Source: a virus | Direction: 5' to 3' (one strand) | Length of the DNA stretch: 64,000 nt | IMG/VR virus record: IMGVR_UViG_3300042290_000327 | Location: 56,716 to 120,715 of that record | Part shown: positions 27,943 through 37,814 of the stretch, in pieces | Layout: every line of letters begins with the position of its first letter | Numbering within the stretch: the first letter of the stretch is position 1 | Position numbers and translations under genes: made by a program | The notes under the pieces: model-generated | Databases searched by the model: none | What the model was told of the DNA's origin: nothing | What the model saw: only the letters and a program-made list of their open reading frames with translations

Positions 27943-28971
27943 ATGTCATTTAAGAGATTCGAAGCTGACGATTTAGTAGTAAGCGCTGAGCCAGTATCAG
28001 CTCCAGTTTGGAGTACAAACACTCCAATACTTTCAACTTTTTTCACCTCCTCAACCCAACCCACCTCCACCTCCGGGAACTACTACCTAGATATTTATCA
28101 GACCGGATCACAGCTCAACGGCTCAGAAGTACAGTTAGCAATAGCTTATGGTGACGCTGCTGGCCTAGGAACCGCACCCTATAACAGCGCAGTTCCGGGC
28201 TACTCCCCAACCAAAACAGTCTACGGGCAATACCGGACATTGGTATTAGGTGATGAAGAGAGCTCATTTAAGTTCGGAGGTAGTATTACCAGCGACTACT
28301 TCTACGCAATCAGTATCGACAGAGATAGGTATAGAGAATCCCTATTACCAGGAACCTTCAACCTAACGCTTACTAATGGCGCAAACACCCTTAAGCTTAC
28401 TGACAACAGTGCAGCTACATCTACTATTCAATTCAATGATGCAGGAAGAGTTTTTGAAGTAGTAAGCGGATCAAACGGAACTCCCACTACAGTGGTAAAC
28501 TCAACAGGCTTTACATTAGCATCAGGATCTTACGGATTTTTCTTACCAGATATCGGTACGATACTTTTGAGCGGTTTAGCATTAAGCGGATCAGCAGCTC
28601 AAGGCGGAATCGGACTATCGATCAATAGAGGAACCACAGCCCCAGCCGTCACCGCTACTAACATGGCCAAGCTCTACGATGCTATTAAGGCAGGAGCAGC
28701 ATTCCAGCTTAATTACCGAGAGACAGTATCTTCACAGTTTGTATTTACAAGGGTAAGAAACAGTGAGTTTAACTACTCCACTAACCCCTCTTACGTCACC
28801 GGGTCAGGAGATCTAAGGATCAGTAATATGGTAAACGCACCTCAGAGCTACATCACTTCAGTTGGTATGTACAATGACAACAACGAACTGCTAGCGGTTG
28901 CAAAGCTATCAAGACCCCTACTAAAGGACTTCACTAAAGAAGCATTAATTAGAATCAAGCTTGATTTCTAA
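27943..28971 (+). CDS. baseplate/tail-collar structural protein (paralogue 1)
   Basis: C-terminal YITSVGMYNDNNELLAVAKLSRP. Confidence 0.7.
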   Translation: MSFKRFEADDLVVSAEPVSAPVWSTNTPILSTFFTSSTQPTSTSGNYYLDIYQTGSQLNGSEVQLAIAYGDAAGLGTAPYNSAVPGYSPTKTVYGQYRTLVLGDEESSFKFGGSITSDYFYAISIDRDRYRESLLPGTFNLTLTNGANTLKLTDNSAATSTIQFNDAGRVFEVVSGSNGTPTTVVNSTGFTLASGSYGFFLPDIGTILLSGLALSGSAAQGGIGLSINRGTTAPAVTATNMAKLYDAIKAGAAFQLNYRETVSSQFVFTRVRNSEFNYSTNPSYVTGSGDLRISNMVNAPQSYITSVGMYNDNNELLAVAKLSRPLLKDFTKEALIRIKLDF

Positions 28972-28975
28972 ATGA

Positions 28976-30136
28976 ATGAGTGCATTTATACGACTAAACA
29001 AGCAGGATGCATTCGTAGTACCTTATACTGCGCATAAATCATTTTCCTTACCGTACTTCAGCGACAGCGGGAGTGCAGGTGTAGAGTTCTATATCGGAAC
29101 TAGGGATAGAACATCCCTTTTCTCTTCGTCATCCTTAAAGACACAAAATCAATACTCTAGCTTAGTATTTGATTCTATAAATCATCTATATTATTCGAAT
29201 TTCAGTTCTTCAGTCGAAAGCGGTAGTTTTGAAAATTACAACCAATCTACTCTGTTCTACTCCCGGAGCCTGACTCTCACCGACAGCACAGACATCTTTG
29301 TAGTAGATATTCGAAGGGATAGATTCGGAGAAGCAATCAAGCCTTCAAGCTTCACTCTTATAACAGGTTCGATAACTATCGCCGACGACGGAGAAGGGAA
29401 TTTGCAAATTGCAACCGACACCACGTTAACAATCCCGGTACTAACCTTCTATTCTGAATCAGCCCAGTTTGTAAGTTTTGACGGCTCCGCTCAAATCACC
29501 TTAGATCCAACTACCCCTCCTGCACAGTATACATTTGCCTCAGCGTCATGGCAAGGATCAGCAATCAAAAGCCCTTTCTACTTGGTAAGTTCTACCCAGA
29601 TACAAGAGATTGATAGCCGAGGGATTATCTATGATGCAACTACAGGAGTAATGACAACTGATAGCTCAGTTTATGAGTTTGCTGATCCAACAACTGACAT
29701 AGGGCCAGTAGAGATACTTTTTGTTTCAAGCTCTAATGTAGATTATACTATAGGGGGAGGTACTAACGTAGGTAATATTTTCTACCCGCACGGGGTAGGC
29801 GTTATCAGCAAAACCGATCAACTAGTATCCTTGTTAAAAAATTCTGTTGGTTACGGTACTAATGTAAACTGGCAAGCCTCCCACACCATCTTCCAGCATC
29901 AGTACCGCTGCCGGGTGAATGAAAGTAGTTTAAACTACTCTCAGAACCCTTCCATCAAATCAGGCAGCAACGGAGAAACTTACAACTTCGCAACCGGGAG
30001 CTACTTCCAGCCCTACATCACAACGGTAGGACTTTACAACGATTCAAACGAACTCATAGCAGTAGCTAAGCTAGGTCAACCGATACCTAAATCCAGGTAC
30101 ACGGATATGACTTTTGTTATCGCACTAGATATTTAA
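28976..30136 (+). CDS. baseplate/tail-collar structural protein (paralogue 2)
   Basis: C-terminal YITTVGLYNDSNELIAVAKLGQP; shares NYSxNPS with paralogue 1. Confidence 0.7.
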   Translation: MSAFIRLNKQDAFVVPYTAHKSFSLPYFSDSGSAGVEFYIGTRDRTSLFSSSSLKTQNQYSSLVFDSINHLYYSNFSSSVESGSFENYNQSTLFYSRSLTLTDSTDIFVVDIRRDRFGEAIKPSSFTLITGSITIADDGEGNLQIATDTTLTIPVLTFYSESAQFVSFDGSAQITLDPTTPPAQYTFASASWQGSAIKSPFYLVSSTQIQEIDSRGIIYDATTGVMTTDSSVYEFADPTTDIGPVEILFVSSSNVDYTIGGGTNVGNIFYPHGVGVISKTDQLVSLLKNSVGYGTNVNWQASHTIFQHQYRCRVNESSLNYSQNPSIKSGSNGETYNFATGSYFQPYITTVGLYNDSNELIAVAKLGQPIPKSRYTDMTFVIALDI

Positions 30137-30140
30137 TATC

Positions 30141-30593
30141 ATGACAGAACCTACCTGGACTTACAAGGGTAGGATGATCACTAAAATTTCCGATATGCCG
30201 GAAGGCACTTACGGATTTATCTACCAGATCACCCACACCCCTACCAACAAAAAATATATCGGCAAGAAAGTCATGTACTTTACCCGGAAGGTTAAGCTCA
30301 CCAAAAAAGAGATCGCCGAACAGACTGGCCCTGGCCGCAAGCCTATCACCAAATTAGTCACCAAAGAAAGTGACTGGGCTAGTTACTACGGATCCAACAA
30401 AGAGTTCTTATCTTTAACCAGAACCTTCCCTAAAGAAGAGTTCCATAAAGAGATTCTAGAGCTTGCTACCGGTAAAAAGATGCTTACCTACTATGAGTGT
30501 AAATATTTATTTAAATACGGTGCCATTGAGAATAACGAGTTATACTACAACGATAACATATTAGGTAAATTCTACAGGAAAGATTTTATATGA
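30141..30593 (+). CDS. GIY-YIG (Seg-like) endonuclease-family protein
   Basis: YGFIYQIT...KKYIGKK...YYGS...KEIL...YN. Confidence 0.8.
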   Translation: MTEPTWTYKGRMITKISDMPEGTYGFIYQITHTPTNKKYIGKKVMYFTRKVKLTKKEIAEQTGPGRKPITKLVTKESDWASYYGSNKEFLSLTRTFPKEEFHKEILELATGKKMLTYYECKYLFKYGAIENNELYYNDNILGKFYRKDFI

Positions 30594-31129
30594 AACTAAT
30601 CCAAGCACTTCTTACTGAGAGCACTTACTCTAAAATTAAAGATGCTTTTAAAGCAGCTGGAGCTACTGATGTAGGAGTAGGATCTCAAGGGGTTGTTTAT
30701 AGTGCACCCAAACCTGTACCGGAATTAGAGTACGAACCTAGAGAAGGGTACCTTGTAAAAATCACCCAGGATGACATCGAAATGGAGGCTATGATTAAAG
30801 CCCAGGGTAAAAAATTTAAATACCTGGCAAACATCGGTAAGGCAGTAAAGATGGAAAAAGGAGGCTGGTACCAAATCGAAAACCTACAGCCGGTCTCTCA
30901 AGAATACTCTGAGGAAATTGAGAAGAACGTTCATATATTAGATCAGTTCTTTAGCGAAGGAGATAAGAGCCTGCTTTCAGACCTATCCCCGTACCTGCAG
31001 AAGGTCTTTATCGGTGCAAGGCAGGAGCTGGTTCAAACCGGCATTGATCCTGAAGAAGTTGATATGTTCGGAGATGACAACAACGTAATGGCAACCGCCG
31101 ATGGTGATATAAAGCTTATCGACTATTAA
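30590..31129 (+). CDS. minimal protein-kinase-like protein with CTS-like leader
   Basis: GVGSQGVVY Gly loop, VKI lysine, D(MFGDD)NNVM catalytic loop, KLIDY. Confidence 0.65.
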   Translation: MKLIQALLTESTYSKIKDAFKAAGATDVGVGSQGVVYSAPKPVPELEYEPREGYLVKITQDDIEMEAMIKAQGKKFKYLANIGKAVKMEKGGWYQIENLQPVSQEYSEEIEKNVHILDQFFSEGDKSLLSDLSPYLQKVFIGARQELVQTGIDPEEVDMFGDDNNVMATADGDIKLIDY

Positions 31130-31186
31130 GTTGGTTACAAGCGGTTTCGTTCTTATATTAAGGTTATAACTATGTAATGCCTCCGC

Positions 31187-32110
31187 ATGGAGAATCCTAT
31201 ACTGCTAAGCGCAATCGAGAACGTACTGGGGAAATCTAATAAGAGGGCCCGGGATAACTATGCATTTAGTTGTCCGTTCTGCAACCATCGCAAACCCAAG
31301 CTTGAGATCAAGCTGAGTACTAACGAGAAGGGGGAGAATCCGTGGGAGTGCTGGGTTTGTAGTGCTAGAGGTAGGACTGTTAAGTCTCTGCTAAGGCAGA
31401 TGAAGCTTGGTAAGGATGAAGCTAACCAGGTCTTAAGACTTGTCAGGAAAGGAGAGACAGCTGACTACGAAGTCACGTTTGTAGAACTTCCTAAAGAGTT
31501 TCAGGCATTGACTACCGCCACCCGGACTTCCGTTATTGCAAACAAGATCAGGAACTACCTCTACAATAGAGGTCTTACCGAGAACGACTTTTTAAAATAT
31601 AACATCGGCTACTGCACCACCGGAGATTATGCTGGAAGAATCATCGTACCTTCATACGATGAAAATAATCAGCTAAACTTTTTCGTTGGCAGGACCTTTG
31701 AGAATAATTATTTTAAGTACAAGAATCCTCCCGCATCCAAGGATGTGATAGGATTTGAGAATTTAATTAACTGGGACCAGCCCGTCATCTTAGTTGAAGG
31801 AGTCTTCGATGCCATGGCTGTTAAACGTAATGCTGTCCCGATCCTAGGTAAGTCCTTATCTAAGAGTTTAATGTTAAAATTAGTGTCAAACAAGGTTCAA
31901 GACATTTATATAGCATTGGATAAAGATGCTTTAAAAAGTGCGCTACGGTACTCTGAGCAATTCCTTGCTATGGGTAAACGAGTGTTCCTTGTTGACATGA
32001 TCGATAAAGATCCTTCACAGATGGGTTTTACTACTTTCACCCACCATATTCAACAGTCCCAGGAGCTGACTTTCAGTGACCTCCTCCGACACAAATTAGC
32101 TTTCGTATGA
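31187..32110 (+). CDS. DNA primase (Zn-binding + TOPRIM)
   Basis: CPFC/CWVC; EGVFDA; ALDKDA; early-type promoter at 31130. Confidence 0.9.
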   Translation: MENPILLSAIENVLGKSNKRARDNYAFSCPFCNHRKPKLEIKLSTNEKGENPWECWVCSARGRTVKSLLRQMKLGKDEANQVLRLVRKGETADYEVTFVELPKEFQALTTATRTSVIANKIRNYLYNRGLTENDFLKYNIGYCTTGDYAGRIIVPSYDENNQLNFFVGRTFENNYFKYKNPPASKDVIGFENLINWDQPVILVEGVFDAMAVKRNAVPILGKSLSKSLMLKLVSNKVQDIYIALDKDALKSALRYSEQFLAMGKRVFLVDMIDKDPSQMGFTTFTHHIQQSQELTFSDLLRHKLAFV

Positions 32111-32889
32111 TTTATCCAGGTTCCAATTTTCTTTTAGAGCATAAGCAAAAACGCATTCAGTTCGACGGAGAGCTAAAGCAGATCACTCTGCCGGACCGCC
32201 GGGTTTACAGAAGAGGCGAAGGCATTTATTACCCCTCCGTTACTACGATCCTGCAGTACATGCCCAAAAATAAGTTCTTTGAGCAGTGGATTAAGGACGT
32301 AGGGCATAATGCCGATCTCATCATGAGAAGGGCAGGTGAAGAAGGGACGGCAGTCCACAATGCAGCCGAGGAGCTGATCAAAGGCGGGGAAGTCCAGTGG
32401 ATGGATGATTACGGCAAGGCTAAGTACTCGCTGCTGGTATGGCAGATGATCAATAAGTTCGTTGAAGCTTGGAAGGCCATGGACCCTGACGTCATTGCTA
32501 CCGAAGAATTTACCTTCTCAGACGTCCATAAGTATGCCGGTACTGCTGATATCATTGCCAAGATCGGTGATGAGGTTTGGTTGCTGGATATTAAGACTTC
32601 TAATTCTTTGCATAAGTCTCACGAGTTACAGCTATCGGCTTACGCCAAGGCCTGGGAAGAGATGTACGGGCAGAAGATCGACCGGACAGGTATTATCTGG
32701 CTAAAATCAACTAAGAGAACTGCCTCTAGCAAGGACGGAGCATTCCAGGGTAAGGGATGGGAGCTTAAAGTAGTTGATAACATCGATGAGAACTTTGAAC
32801 TATTCCAACTCATCTATAAACTCTACCTTTTAGAGCATCCTGCCGATGAACCATCCTTTCAGACATATCCTTTATCGGTAAAGTTGTAA
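32107..32889 (+). CDS. PD-(D/E)XK exonuclease (Cas4/RecB-like)
   Basis: YPSVTTIL, GTAVH, YAGTAD, DIKTS and QLSAY motifs. Confidence 0.85.
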   Translation: MIYPGSNFLLEHKQKRIQFDGELKQITLPDRRVYRRGEGIYYPSVTTILQYMPKNKFFEQWIKDVGHNADLIMRRAGEEGTAVHNAAEELIKGGEVQWMDDYGKAKYSLLVWQMINKFVEAWKAMDPDVIATEEFTFSDVHKYAGTADIIAKIGDEVWLLDIKTSNSLHKSHELQLSAYAKAWEEMYGQKIDRTGIIWLKSTKRTASSKDGAFQGKGWELKVVDNIDENFELFQLIYKLYLLEHPADEPSFQTYPLSVKL

Positions 32890-32935
32890 GCTATTTATAA
32901 AGAGCCTATCTTTAGGTAGATAAATAGTAAAAAAA

Positions 32936-33847
32936 ATGGGAGGAAACGTATTTGGAACTACAGATAAGATTAACAGGGAGGATATCAAACCTACCCTGCT
33001 TAACTTTTTAAAAGAATTCAAAAGGTTATTCCCCGCAGCCGAACCGCACTTCAGGCAGATGCAGACCCTAGGCTCTGCCGGCAAGAAAGAGGTATCTGGA
33101 GATATCGATTTAGCGATCTCAGACCAAAGCTTTGATAAGATCCAGGACTGGGGTTTAGATCAGAAGCACGTTCAGGAGCTCTTTGAACTTTTTAAGAAGA
33201 GATCTAGGACAGCCTCTGAAGACCAGCTTATGAAAAGAGCAGTGATCGTAGCTATTGCCGAAAAAATCCAAGAGTCTGATACCAACCTTGCTGTTGATGT
33301 AAAAGGATCTTCCGCAGGAGCGCTATTCCTCCAAGCCCCTCAGTTCAACGAGGCAGGAGAGCAATTAGAGAAGAACGTTCAGATTGATATAAACGTAGGA
33401 GATATAGACTGGCTTAAGTTCGCTTATTATTCTAGCGTTTATTCCGGTAACGTTAAGGGCCTGCATAGGACCCAGCTCCTGGTAGCTTTATTTGCTAACA
33501 AAGGATATATCTTCTCCCATAACTACGGAGTTAAGAACAAAGACACCCAGGAAGTAGAAGCTAAAACTCCTGCCCAGGCCATCGAGCTACTAAACAAACT
33601 CTACGGCGCTGATTTCAGCAATGAGATATTAGAGAACTATTTTAGCATCATTGAATCCCTTAAGAAGAACTTAAGTGAGCAGGACCTTAACAGAGTCTAC
33701 GACATCTACCTTAAGATACTTGACAGCACCCGGGCCGATATCCCGGAAGATCTTCAGGATTACTGGATCGCCAGCCAGGAGAGGTTACAGCTAAAGGGTA
33801 AATTCTTACCCGAGGATTCAAATCTTATAAAGTACCAGATTAAATGA
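32936..33847 (+). CDS. Pol-beta-superfamily nucleotidyltransferase
   Basis: LGSAGKKEVSGDIDL (GS..DxD) and VQIDI third Asp. Confidence 0.75.
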   Translation: MGGNVFGTTDKINREDIKPTLLNFLKEFKRLFPAAEPHFRQMQTLGSAGKKEVSGDIDLAISDQSFDKIQDWGLDQKHVQELFELFKKRSRTASEDQLMKRAVIVAIAEKIQESDTNLAVDVKGSSAGALFLQAPQFNEAGEQLEKNVQIDINVGDIDWLKFAYYSSVYSGNVKGLHRTQLLVALFANKGYIFSHNYGVKNKDTQEVEAKTPAQAIELLNKLYGADFSNEILENYFSIIESLKKNLSEQDLNRVYDIYLKILDSTRADIPEDLQDYWIASQERLQLKGKFLPEDSNLIKYQIK

Positions 33848-36687
33848 GCGGTGTAGCAGGAGGAAATAGAATCAAGAGACAGAACGTCCAGGATACGTTT
33901 AACGATTTTACTGAGAAGGTACTCAGTAAGATCCCGGGCTATAAAGTCTCTAGTCTTTCCGGGAGCGTGAAAGCAGGTTCAAAGCCTGACTTCGGTGACC
34001 TAGACATTATCGCTACCTTTGAGTATGATGATAAGAAAGTAGCCAAGCAGGCGATCATCGATACGGTATCAAAGATGCCGGACTCCTTGATTATACCTTT
34101 TAAGAGCGAGAGGTATGCCGGTAAAAGATTCTACAATTCAGGAGAGATCATCTCAGTACTGTATCCTATCAAAGGAGCACCCGGTGAATCTATTCAGGTA
34201 GATATCATGGTATCGCTTTCAGAAGTAGAGCATCAGTTTAAGAACTCATTCCTAGACCTACCCGCAGAAGTGCAGGGTTTGATCTTAGGATTAGTTAAGA
34301 CTGCGCTGCTGGAGCAGGATCCGGCCGAAGTATTTGCCCGTCTGGGAATCAAGAACGTACCGCCTTTAGAAGCAAATCAGGAATATGAATTCAACCTCTC
34401 TAGTGTAAATTTAACCCTTAGAAAAGTAACTCTGGATAACTTTAAAGAAGTAGCTAGAGAAGAGATTTGGAAATCCAATAACTGGGAGGATATTAAAAAC
34501 CTTCTTAAGGACTTTGATTTAAGCCAGCCTTTTGAAAAACTTTTAGACCAGGTCACAAGCTCGCTAAAAAATCCTAGAAGCAAGAACCGCGTAGCGGGAA
34601 TCTTCCGCTCAATGGTATCGGTTAAGTCCGGGGAAGTAGGTACTCCTAAAGGAGATAATAAAGAGAAGGCTTTAGCGGCCGTTGCTCAAACGCTAACTGA
34701 AGCAGAAGGAACTGTGATCGGACTTTATGGGGGCGGCTTTAAGCCACCTCACCGCGGTCACTTCCACATCGCTAAAGAGCTAGGCAAGGATGTAGATTTA
34801 ATTAAGATTTACATCGGTGGTAGGATCAGAGAAGGAGAAATAATCACAGCTCAGCAGTCAAAAGAGATCTGGGAGGTATATGCAAAGTACTTAGGTAAGC
34901 CTACCGAGATTGAAATCGCTCCGATCACACCTATCCTTTCAATCTACCAGGAGATCGAAGCTAACCCAAAGCAAGACTACGTAGTAGGTTCTTCTAGCGA
35001 TCCGGGAGATGCAGGTAAATTTAAAGCTTTACAGCTCAACAAAGACAATTTCTACGATAAAGCAAAATTAAAAATTGTGTCAACGATCAACGAAGAAAAA
35101 CTATCTGCTACCACAGTCAGAACAGATGCCGACTACCTAAAAACAGGTCAATGGATGCCTGAAGAACTTTCAGCAGACGATAAAAAAGTAGTACTCGGAA
35201 TTTTAAAAGCAACTCCTGAGTACAAAATGGCTGAAGCCATCGATGATGTATTTAGTAACTTCCTAGGAGAAAGCAAAAAAGAAAAAGCTGAAAAGCAAGA
35301 AGAGACTTCGGAAGTTAGTATGGGTACCCCCGTCACCCCGATCTCGGTCGTCCCATCGGTAGTCCGTCAAAGGATGCAAGACCTTACGGTTTACTTTCGG
35401 GATTTAGCCCCGGATGATGTCATCGTTGATTTCAACGGTCAGTCGATCGTCATTACCCCGATGATCTACAACAAGGCTGAACCGACAGGACCTGCTGACT
35501 TTACACCCCAGCAAAAACCCATCAACGAATTAGGAACGTACTTCAACTACGTACCGTATATCGCCGGGATACTGGAGCATATGATAACTAAAGGTATGAA
35601 GGTAGTCCCGCTACCGGAGATCAAAACCAGACAAGATGAAGAAAACGCTGCTAAGACTTTTGGTAAGACTGCTACGTATGATCCTGGTAAGAAAGAAGTC
35701 GTGCTGTATGTGACAGGCCGTCACCCCAAAGACGTCATGAGGTCTTTTTGTCATGAGATGATTCATCATATGCAGAATCTAGAAGGACGTCTGCCGATGA
35801 TTGCTACCACCAACACCCAGGAGGATTCAGCGTTAAACGAGATTGAAAAAGAGGCACATTTTAAAGGAAGTATGCTTATGAGGGAGTATGAGGATTCGAT
35901 CAAAAATCAAGATACCCTAGAAGAAGGTACTAAATACCGCTCCATCGTTGCTGATGTTAGACAGGCTGTTAACGATGCTTTAAACGTTTTAATATCGGGT
36001 AAAAAGCTAAAAGGGTATAACCTTAAGACCTTAAGAGAACCTAAGAAGAAAGACGTTGAAACTGCCAAGGAATACGGGATGTCTCCTTTAGGAGTTATGC
36101 TATCAACTGAATACCAGACCGCTTACCTGGGCAAGTTCACAAGCCAGAGTGAGAAAGGTACAAGAACAGAAGACGGTAAACCGATCACTGTAGAAGTTAA
36201 CCTAAAGTTTGCTCAATCTAATGAGGTCAAGCCCGGGGAGTACTACATCGACGGAGAAGCTTCATCAGAAGACGGAGAACTAGATATTATTCTAGCGTTT
36301 AATCCCGGTGACGGTGCTAGCATCCTTCAAAAGATCCAATCTACTTTGACCGATCTTATCCGTCATGAGACCGAACACCTTACCCAGTCCGGAGCTCAGC
36401 TCCAGCCCACCAAATGGATGAGGGGTGACCTAGCCATGCGCAAGAGGATCAGACAGAATCCAGAGACATTCTACAAGTACTTCATGCTACCTAAAGAAGT
36501 GGATGCAAACATCCAAGGACTTTACATGAAAGCAAACTACGACAAGACTGACTTTCAGTCAACTGTCGATCAGTACTTAGATAGCCTGGTTGATACCGGG
36601 GTAATATCGATAGAGAAGAGGAAAGAAGTCTACGATAAGTTTAAAGCCCGGATCCCTCAGATCGGAGGCATACCAAATCTTAACTAA
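33844..36687 (+). CDS. multidomain fusion: Pol-beta NTase + HxGH (cytidylyltransferase/NMNAT-like) domain + two HExxH domains
   Basis: SGSVKAGSKPDFGDLDI/IQVDI; GGFKPPHRGH...LSATTVR; HEMIHH (nt 35752); HETEH (nt 36364). Confidence 0.75.
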   Translation: MSGVAGGNRIKRQNVQDTFNDFTEKVLSKIPGYKVSSLSGSVKAGSKPDFGDLDIIATFEYDDKKVAKQAIIDTVSKMPDSLIIPFKSERYAGKRFYNSGEIISVLYPIKGAPGESIQVDIMVSLSEVEHQFKNSFLDLPAEVQGLILGLVKTALLEQDPAEVFARLGIKNVPPLEANQEYEFNLSSVNLTLRKVTLDNFKEVAREEIWKSNNWEDIKNLLKDFDLSQPFEKLLDQVTSSLKNPRSKNRVAGIFRSMVSVKSGEVGTPKGDNKEKALAAVAQTLTEAEGTVIGLYGGGFKPPHRGHFHIAKELGKDVDLIKIYIGGRIREGEIITAQQSKEIWEVYAKYLGKPTEIEIAPITPILSIYQEIEANPKQDYVVGSSSDPGDAGKFKALQLNKDNFYDKAKLKIVSTINEEKLSATTVRTDADYLKTGQWMPEELSADDKKVVLGILKATPEYKMAEAIDDVFSNFLGESKKEKAEKQEETSEVSMGTPVTPISVVPSVVRQRMQDLTVYFRDLAPDDVIVDFNGQSIVITPMIYNKAEPTGPADFTPQQKPINELGTYFNYVPYIAGILEHMITKGMKVVPLPEIKTRQDEENAAKTFGKTATYDPGKKEVVLYVTGRHPKDVMRSFCHEMIHHMQNLEGRLPMIATTNTQEDSALNEIEKEAHFKGSMLMREYEDSIKNQDTLEEGTKYRSIVADVRQAVNDALNVLISGKKLKGYNLKTLREPKKKDVETAKEYGMSPLGVMLSTEYQTAYLGKFTSQSEKGTRTEDGKPITVEVNLKFAQSNEVKPGEYYIDGEASSEDGELDIILAFNPGDGASILQKIQSTLTDLIRHETEHLTQSGAQLQPTKWMRGDLAMRKRIRQNPETFYKYFMLPKEVDANIQGLYMKANYDKTDFQSTVDQYLDSLVDTGVISIEKRKEVYDKFKARIPQIGGIPNLN

Positions 36688-36689
36688 AG

Positions 36690-37250
36690 ATGGGAATATT
36701 AGCAGATTTACTACTTACTGAAGAAGAGCAGAATCCAAAACCTAAAGGCAAGCTCTACTGTGATATGGACGGAGTGCTGACAGACTTCGATCAGAGGTTT
36801 GATCACTACTTTGAAATGCTTCCAGCCGAGTATGAAGAACGGAGAGGCAAGGCAGGGTTCTGGAGTGCCATCGCCCCGATCGGGCAGATCTTCTGGGAAG
36901 GAATGGAATGGACCCCTTACGGGAAAGTTTTATGGAAGCACATCCAGGATTTTAACCCTACTTTACTTACCGCTCCTTCATCCGAGCAATCATCCAGAGA
37001 CGGGAAAGTCGAGTGGGCGAATAGAGAACTTGATCCTATCCCTCCTATCATCTTTAGACAAGCTAAAGAAAAGCACCTAGAATGCTCCGGACCCGATGAC
37101 ATCTTGATCGATGACCGGGAAGATACTATCGAGAGATGGAAAGATGCCGGAGGAATAGGAATTTATCACCCCAAGAACGGGGATCCCACCTTAATTATCA
37201 GAAGATTAGAAACACTAGGTTATGTCAAGCCATCTAAAGAAGGAATTTGA
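36690..37250 (+). CDS. HAD-family 5'(3')-deoxyribonucleotidase-like protein
   Basis: YCDMDGVLTDF, LLTAP, K..W and LIDDR motifs. Confidence 0.85.
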   Translation: MGILADLLLTEEEQNPKPKGKLYCDMDGVLTDFDQRFDHYFEMLPAEYEERRGKAGFWSAIAPIGQIFWEGMEWTPYGKVLWKHIQDFNPTLLTAPSSEQSSRDGKVEWANRELDPIPPIIFRQAKEKHLECSGPDDILIDDREDTIERWKDAGGIGIYHPKNGDPTLIIRRLETLGYVKPSKEGI

Positions 37251-37794
37251 TGAGAGGGCTGTAAACAGAGCCCGGAACCTCATCACTAAAAATTTTAACA
37301 GCCGGACCATGGTCGGTTTAGGGTACGAGAAGGTAAAGCAAAAGCATACCGAGGGCGAAACCTGGCTAGAAGATGGTAGGACCTGGACCATTAAAAACGG
37401 TGTTAGACAGAATGTCACCAAACTCGACGGTGCTAAGAAGCTAGCTCAGACCCCGCTCATCTGCCCTAAATGCAGCGGTTCTATGAACCATCACCTGGCT
37501 AAAAAAATGTATAAGATCCACGGCTTTTGCTTTGATTGTACCATCGATATGGAGGCAGGTCTTAGACGAGCCGGGTTATACCAGGAGTATGAAAAGCAGA
37601 TGATGCAAGGCAACATGCAGGGCTGGGCTGAGGGTCTGCAGCAATGGATGATCGAGCAGCTAGGAGAGTCAATCTCCTTCGTTACCGAGGACGGTACAGT
37701 AGAGGACTGGGGAAACAATCCTGCCCGGCAAAAAGCCGAAATCATCAAGAACGTCAATCAATATCTTGACCACCTGAAGAAGCACCTGGAGTAA
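37222..37794 (+). CDS. zinc-finger hypothetical protein
   Basis: CPKC...CFDC. Confidence 0.7.
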   Translation: MSSHLKKEFDERAVNRARNLITKNFNSRTMVGLGYEKVKQKHTEGETWLEDGRTWTIKNGVRQNVTKLDGAKKLAQTPLICPKCSGSMNHHLAKKMYKIHGFCFDCTIDMEAGLRRAGLYQEYEKQMMQGNMQGWAEGLQQWMIEQLGESISFVTEDGTVEDWGNNPARQKAEIIKNVNQYLDHLKKHLE

Positions 37795-37814
37795 CTATTT
37801 ATAAAGAAACTTGA

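Larger units (their letters stand above)
166..32915 (+). promoter_or_regulatory. dispersed early/middle promoters GTTG-N20-TAnnTT(T/A)A outside the array
   Basis: GTTG at 166, 1118, 2326, 3203, 5661, 12418, 13315, 14258, 31130 and 32883, each with a 20-nt spacer. Confidence 0.85.

Noticed and set aside
27943-30136. Tandem paralogous baseplate genes as a novel system
   Set aside because: Shared C-terminal collar-type domains are ordinary in contractile-tail baseplates
32107-32889. Cas4 as part of a CRISPR system
   Set aside because: It is a stand-alone PD-(D/E)XK exonuclease beside the primase, as is common in phage replication modules; no Fe-S cysteines or cas neighbours
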